Assembly: GCA_951406725.2 (NCBI GenBank)
Contig: OX597815.1
Coordinates: forward strand, 30,132,001-30,196,000
DNA from: Octopus vulgaris
Taxonomy: Eukaryota
Direction of reading: 5' to 3'
Length of the DNA stretch: 64,000 nt
The translations under genes were made by a program, and so were the position numbers. Under the pieces are notes generated by a model that worked only from the letters and a program-made list of their open reading frames with translations, was not told where the DNA came from and searched no databases. Numbering within the stretch: the first letter of the stretch is position 1; each line of letters starts with the position of its first letter. This document shows positions 56,495 through 64,000 of this stretch, in pieces.

Positions 56495-57400
56495 TCTAAA
56501 CTAATCGATGCTCAGGAACTTAGCGTTGCTTCGGCGTTAAAAGTGGGCGGGTTGAAACGCCAACCAAAGACGAGTGGATGGTGTTTGGAAATTTCTACTG
56601 CGCGGAAATACCAAAGAAAAACTGCCTGCTCTTACTGGCCAAAAGATGGCGGTGGGGCGAACTTCACGATGGACTCGGCCGATAACTGGGTCTGTCCTAT
56701 ACGTGAGAGGAGCTGTTCGACAAAACACCACAAGCTAGAGATATCCGGACCCAAGAGGGATACACGCAGAAAGGTTTCATCGCCCTGCACAAATCTCAGA
56801 CAGATCAGTTTGACAGCATCTCCGCGCTTGCAGAGCTTTCTCGAATCGAGAGAGACCCTCACCCCCGGTAGCACTGCCAGGCATTTCTGGAGGTTATCCA
56901 TAGGACCACACCCGGAGGTCCTTCAGAAAAATCAGCCAGTTGGTCTCTCATTATGGCCAGAGATTCCCCGAGAATATCATCACTCTTGCCCGCTACTAGT
57001 ATCCCAACGAACTCCAATGTGGAAGCTTCACCGATCTCATCGCCTTACTAGCACATCGCCGTGAGCGTATGCCCATACTCTACTTGTCAGGTGCCCTTTC
57101 TCCGTCTATGCTTGATCTAGGACTGTAGCTCCGTCAATGAGACGAACTACGGAAAATTCTGTCTGGCAAACGGCGACGGCAATCACACCTGTTCATTATC
57201 AAGGAAACGATGCAGATTTCGCAACCTCAGTGTATGTCTGTGCATCATTAGCCATGGCCTGCTGAATCCACTACTCAGAGACTGCTGACAACAGACAGCG
57301 TCTCTGACGAGCGGAACGTCTTTGTGTCTTTTAAAGTTGTCTGTCAGGAACGGATTTCTTCCTGTAGTGAGCCTTTTTGTGCGATGTTCCTTGATTAATG
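56495..57400 (-). pseudogene. Second decayed copy of the same L1/Tx1-like family, inverted
   Basis: MDNLQKCLA..ICLRFVQGDETFL..LWCFVEQLLS aligns with the 53836 ORF. Reverse complement of ~57108-57140 (cattgacggagctacagtcctagatcaagcata) matches ~53594-53626. Confidence 0.65.
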
Positions 57401-58129
57401 TACTATGTCATCGCTTTCATATATTATTTCCCTATATTTCTATTGATATTGTCTACCATACCTACCTCACTGCAACTGTCCAACCAAACGTTTTGGCTTG
57501 AGAGAAAAAGGGATATTTCTGTCTTGGCTAAAACCAGACAAATACACTCACTCCATATCCGCTCTTTGACGGCACATTTTTGAGACAATTTATGCGTTTG
57601 CAAACCTCCACAATATCTTAGAAAACGTTCTTTTTACAGGTAAACTGTATTGTACAAGATTTCTATTTGGGGGTTCAAGTCCAACTGCAAGAAGACGTAT
57701 AATATTGTACGAAAATTCAGTTTTACCAAAGCTTTATGTTTCATGTCAGAGCTCTCACTAAAGCTTCGGTACTTATAATAAAACTTGTATTTGAAAGAAA
57801 ATGTATCATATATTTTCTTTTTTGTTTCTCTGCTTAAGTGGAAGGCGTAATTATAAAAGAAAGGTAATAGAATGACAGGAAGGTGGCGTACCATTTAAAT
57901 GCCTTGGGTACTTAGATTCACCTTCCTCCACATACAACTTTCAATTGACTTGCTTCTTTCTGAACTTCAGGGAAAAATAACATTAGTAGTAATATATACT
58001 ACTGTCCATTTGATCGATTATACTATTCCCTTTAAAAAAAATGGTACTATTGTACAAACAAGAAATAACAAGACAGAGCAAAAAAGAGCAACACTATCTA
58101 CATTTATACGGCCTTCTCTTCCACCTCAA

Positions 58130-58189
<60 letters not shown>

Positions 58190-59048
58190 AGAAAACCTCT
58201 GATATTTCACACGAGGTAACAATGACAATAACAATTGAAATCTCATTGGCAAGAGATTCCACGAATCAAATCGAACTTTATACAGAGAATATGTTCTCCC
58301 ACTTTCTATAAAGAGGTACTAAAACGTTATCGTTGAAAGTGCTTGACAATAGGGATATATAAGAAGCTGAATTGCCTCGTTAAAGTGTTCTTTCTATTAA
58401 ACCTTTGGGCATTCTCAAGAGATTGTAACACGGCCAATATCCCTCTTAACTTTCTCTTTGTTATCTGGCGAATTTCTAAAATGTACGTCGAAAAAAAATA
58501 AAACCTTTTCTCTCATCAGATAGCATATCTTCATTGATGAATTACATTCAACACTGACCTTCTTCGTCAATGTCAGAATGTATGGCTGTCGAATAAAGTG
58601 TATTTCACATTTCCGCGTATTCTGTAAATATTTTCTCTTCATTCATTTCTTGCATCCCTTCTGATTTTCTCTTTCTATATCTACATACATACATAGCATA
58701 CATACACACACATATTTACGTGCATACATACACACATACACATACATACATACATAATACATACATACATACATACACACAAACATACATACATACACAC
58801 AAACATACATACATACATACATACATACATGTATGTATATATATGTATATGTATATATATGTATATATAATATAGATACATGTGTAATACGCATATATAT
58901 ATATATAATATACATATATATGTAATATACATATATTAGTAATACAGACACACACATACATACATATATATGTAAATGATATATATATCCATCCATATAT
59001 ATATATGTATATATAATAAATGCTTATATATGTGTATGCATATATGTA

Positions 59049-59111
<63 letters not shown>

Positions 59112-59259
59112 AAATATATATATATATGTATATATATGTGTATATATATATATGTATATATATGTATATATATATATATATATTGTATGTATATTCATAC
59201 TACACACACACATACAAACACACAAATAAACACGTATATTTATATTGTGTGTATCTATT

Positions 59260-59303
<44 letters not shown>

Positions 59304-59598
59304 CGCGTTTGTTTGTGTATGTGTTGTGTGTGTGTGTGTACGTGTGTGTATGTGTGTGTGTAGTAGGAATATACATACAATAGATCCCGATGAAATTTAT
59401 GCATGCACAAACGAACACACACATACACATACTGACATATATTTATATAAACTATACTTTATTCCATCCTGCCTCGCTTTCCTTGCTTCATGTCTTTATA
59501 TGTGTGAAGATATAAAACATACAAAAACACATGCATTTTGCATATATTCTAAAATATACATGCATATGTATATACAAACACACACACACCACTGACAC

Positions 59599-59686
<88 letters not shown>

Positions 59687-59725
59687 GTTTGTCTAACTGT
59701 CTGTCTACCTATCTATCTATATTTA

Positions 59726-59840
<115 letters not shown>

Positions 59841-59850
59841 AAATATTTAG

Positions 59851-59907
<57 letters not shown>

Positions 59908-60006
59908 ATATATACAAATATACGCAAATACAAACATATAAATATATATATGAACCTATATAAAATGCGAATGAACGTATTCTACACAGAGAGAGACACA
60001 TACACA

Positions 60007-60060
<54 letters not shown>

Positions 60061-62352
60061 GATATACATATATTTAAATAATAGGGATATATGTATATAT
60101 GTATATATATAGTCTTTTATTCTTCTATTCTTTTTTATGTCTCAGCCTTTGAGCCTTGAAGTCAAGTCTTGTACCTTCATCAGAAGTTTTGTACCATGTT
60201 TTGTTTTTATGAGACTCAAGACTTTTCATACACCCTCGTGAGTATACATATATATATGCATAAATGCTTACTTGTAAATACGTATGCATATGTATATTCG
60301 TATATGCTAATATGTCAAATTTTGAATAAATATATTTATATTGAATATATGATTATATATATTACATATATTCAATATTTAAGGAAAATATTCTTATTAC
60401 GTATCATTTTTTTTTATTCAGCAATATTTATTTATCATTGTTTATTTACAAAATTACACATGCAGTCATATTCTTTTATAAAAATAAATGTTATCTTCAA
60501 GAAATATTTTAAATGAAATTTTGCGGATGAATGTGCATATTCTTGCAAAGCTGGAGCATGGTGAAGTGTATTATCGTAATGCTTATTAGACTCTGTAGTA
60601 ACGCATGCATGTAAAACGTGACCTTTCGATTGAACGGCATACAACATACTCGTTTAAAAATTGTAATGAAACATAAAAGCCATCAAAATTGTTGACATTT
60701 ACTTGAATGTGATAAAGTTTCTTTTGACAAATAATCGTTCGAATGACTGGAAAACCGAATATGTAGATTCGAATACAAACATACACTTATATGTGCATGC
60801 TTTTGCGAGAACGTGTGTATGTATGTATGTATGTATGTATGTATGTATGTATGTATGTATGTATGTATGTATGTATGTACGTATGTATGTATGTATGTAT
60901 GTATGTATGTGTGTGTTTCTAAAGAGGGAAAGAGATAGAGAGAGAGAGAGAAAAGAGAGAGAAAAAGCGAGAGAAAGGGAGATTGGTAATAAGTGGATGG
61001 GTATTTAAATATATTTATATGTCTTTATTTATTTATCAAAACCTAAATATTCACTGAGGTAGTACTACGTTGTGTTATATATTTTATATTGGATCTAACT
61101 TTCCTCATTACAAAACCTCTCCACCTCCCTCCAACAGTATATATGGAACTTGAAATAACTGAAAAATAAAATCTGATGATACTTCTAATGATAAATTTCG
61201 TATCCTTTTGAAGTCAAGAATCTTGTCTCAATTGCTTGGAATATATGTTTCTAAACATATTTGGTACACTGATTTTATACACGTTTTCTAAAATTGTGTA
61301 CGCCATCTAGATTTGGAGTGTACATGCATCTGCCTTTCTGATAGTTGTTGCATAACTATATACAAAAATGGACACATATATATTAAATTTATAAACAATT
61401 CAGCTGTGAAAGTGGCATTATGAAGTTATTGTGGATAATAATTTAGTGAATTAATTTTCTACCTGGTTAATGAAGGACCTGATAGAAGTATGCTCGCACT
61501 CTGACTACAGTACAGACAATTGATATAGTAAGACCCGGAATTCAGAGTGACTGGTGTTGTTAGTGATTGGCAAAAGTTCGTAGATTAAAATATATTGCAA
61601 TAAAAGCATTTGTCGTAATGATTATAATATGCAATGTTTCGGGCGCTTATTCTTTATCTAAGGGGAAAACATGTATTTAAATATCTCCACTGCTAAAGAG
61701 GTCTTTTAGCAATTGTGGTAGTGTCACATAACTTTCTATCTTCTACAAGTATACTTGGTTCGACATACGTCTCTCTTGGAGTATGTGCAAACTTATCTAA
61801 TTTTTTTTTTAGATATACAATATACAAAAGAGTTTCCTTATTTTCTGAATATCTTGTTGAAACTGAGTTACAAGTTTACAATCGTCTGCACACAATAGAT
61901 CATGAACAAAATTAATAAAGATTTAAGATTTAGCTTCGAAACGATTCAGATTAAATAGTTTACCTTGTTAACGGATAAATTATCTAGATCATAGTACTTA
62001 AAGGCATTGGAAACACAACAGCAAAACCTATGGAAAATAAAGCTGGTGCAAGTTTAACGTCTTAGTTTTCTGAAATCAGTTCTTGCAGAACACACTTCTA
62101 GTTAAAATCTTCATACGTGTATGTTGTTCGACAACAAAATCAACAAACAAGGGTAAATAATTTAAATCCTAAGATTAAGATTTTACAAAGTGAATTTAAA
62201 TCCATTGTCTCAAAGGCTTTCAGTAAATGACAGAAAAATTGGTTTCGAAGGTGTATTTAATTTATGAACTTATCCTGCAACTTCAATTTATCCTGTAACC
62301 TTAACTCCAGATCTGGAACTGTCTAACGTTAAAGACAATATTTAGGGTATTA

Positions 62353-63442
62353 GAGGGTGGAGCAGAGAGGACGGACGTTTTTGAAAACTTCACAAAACCA
62401 TTAATTTTAGATGCAAAAAGTTTTACTGACTTTGATGAGTTTGTATTAAACACATGGACAAGTCAGGGGACTGAGGAGAGCCAAGAAATGTCAGCAAATC
62501 TGGAAATGAGGCGGTCACCGAAGAGAGGGTGAAGAACGTCCATTGAAGTTCTCGCTGAGTGGGGCGTCGCCCCATCTTGCTGAAATCACACACATCAAAT
62601 AGGTATACGTTTTCACCGAAATTCAGGCACAAAGAAATTGTTTATCATCTCGATGTAACGCTCGAAGTTCACAGTAAGAGCATTTTCATTATCGTCTTCA
62701 AAAAAGGAAGGACCAATGACGATAGCTTTTCCAAAAGTTCACCAGACCGTCACATTTGGACTGTGCAATGGTCTTTCGTGCAGTTCTCTCGGATTTTCAA
62801 GAGCCCAATAACAAAAGTTCTGTTGATTCACCATGCTATTGAGATGAAAATGAGCTTCATGACTCATTAACAAAACGGAGTTGTCATTTGCCTCTAAAAT
62901 TGCTTCCATCTGACGTGCGAAGTCAAGCCACTTTGCATAGTCTCATAGTTTCAATTTATACGGGTGGAAATGCAGGTCTTCATGTAAGATACATCTTACC
63001 GATCGATTACCGATGCCAAGTTCAGTGGAATGTCCCCGAGCAGAGAGATTCGGACACCGTATCAAAGTTTGTCTGACGCATTTCACATTTTCCGGTGTCC
63101 GTACCGTTCGTGGCGCCCTATTCATTAGTGTACTTCGTGTACGAAATGCATTCACCCAACGTAAGATTGTGTTATGGTTGGGAACAGCCTGATTTCGGTG
63201 ATTGTTGAAGTGGCGCCGAAACTCACGCTGAACTGCTGTGACAGACTCGTTATTCTTCACGTAACTGTAGTAGGCAAACACGCGATGCACTAACCTCCAC
63301 AGCGCCATGGCTTCACCTGACAAGAAAACAAAAAACCTAAGATACCACGGACCGAGTGGTACCTGTCGGACATATGCTCTCCCCCATCCCTGGGGCTGAG
63401 TAATAACCATTTCAAAAGCTCCGTTCTCTCTGCCCCACCCTG
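62353..63442 (-). mobile_element. Decayed Tc1/mariner transposon, rosa/DD41D-like, with TIRs and TA TSD
   Basis: TA-(G/C)AGGGTGG(A/G)GCAGAGAG..ACGGA..TTTTGAAA terminal inverted repeats. Frameshifted transposase reads AVQREFRRHF..PNHNTILRWV..RTPENV..LHFHPYKL, EAHFHLN..VNQQN, FQQDGATPH, SPDLSMC. Confidence 0.85.
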
Positions 63443-63449
63443 TATTATG

Positions 63450-63950
63450 AGACCTAAGTCAGCATCGACACTCTGAGATAACGGTGAGACGTTTGCATAT
63501 CTGCAGCTGATGCAATAAATGTTTCGTGTTATAAGCAAGGAAATAACATGCAACGGACTTCAGATTGATTTGATAGCATTTCTCTCGTACGGTAAAACTT
63601 ATGTAGCAGATGTGTAATTTTGTGAAATGATGATATTTTCCATATATTTGAAATTAGTGTGGCCACAAAATCTACTACTGAATCTTTACTATGCTCAATG
63701 AACTCAGCTGGTATATCATCATCTCCCGGAGGATTTACCTTAATTGATGTATTTAATCGCAATTCTGCCATCCTTTATTTTAGGGATATTATTTTATCAG
63801 TAACATGTTACTGTGGTAGTCTTCTATTACGTTCTCATCAATTACAAATAATATGTGAAAAAGATCTACGAAATGCTCGTTATCTTTTCAAAGTGATTTT
63901 AGGATCATTGATTAAAGCTGATCCAGCACTGGATCTAAAAGAGTCGTAGG
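63450..63950 (-). pseudogene. Decayed LINE RT N-terminal region (RTE-like)
   Basis: NPPGDDDIPAEFIEH..VATLISNIWK followed by frameshifted VISLL resembles K(A/S)PGxDxIPAE..L...IW...ISLL of RT domains 0-1. Confidence 0.45.
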
Positions 63951-64000
63951 TGGTTGGCTGGGACAAAATACCTATTTTTAAAAAGTTTACATTGTTTTGG

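Overview
AT-rich eukaryotic window saturated with microsatellites, and with no host gene or exon that I can support. The repeat make-up (very long TA/CA/TATG/TCTA/ATT tracts, several tRNA-derived SINE families) suggests intronic or intergenic DNA of an octopus-like cephalopod; this is inference, not verified. The only intact coding region is a 959-aa reverse transcriptase + CCHC + restriction-like endonuclease ORF (40169-43048, minus) from a 5'-truncated R4/Dong-type non-LTR retrotransposon sitting inside an (AAT)n microsatellite. The rest is nested mobile DNA. It includes two more RLE-clade remnants, two L1/Tx1-like ORF2 remnants in opposite orientation and an RTE-like RT remnant. It also holds a rosa/DD41D-like Tc1/mariner, a mariner fold-back made of two 5' ends, a composite Helitron, MITE-like hairpins, at least four SINE families and a near-perfect 2.28-kb tandem duplication. 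The most interesting signal is a dispersed ~170-200-bp repeat (six copies, mostly in or next to (TA)n) carrying a minimal hammerhead-ribozyme motif with compensatory stem I changes. A separate Penelope-like GIY-YIG remnant with inverted terminal repeats also carries hammerhead-like cores. Nearly all other ORFs in the supplied track are microsatellite translations. Repeat boundaries were read by eye and are approximate unless a junction is quoted.
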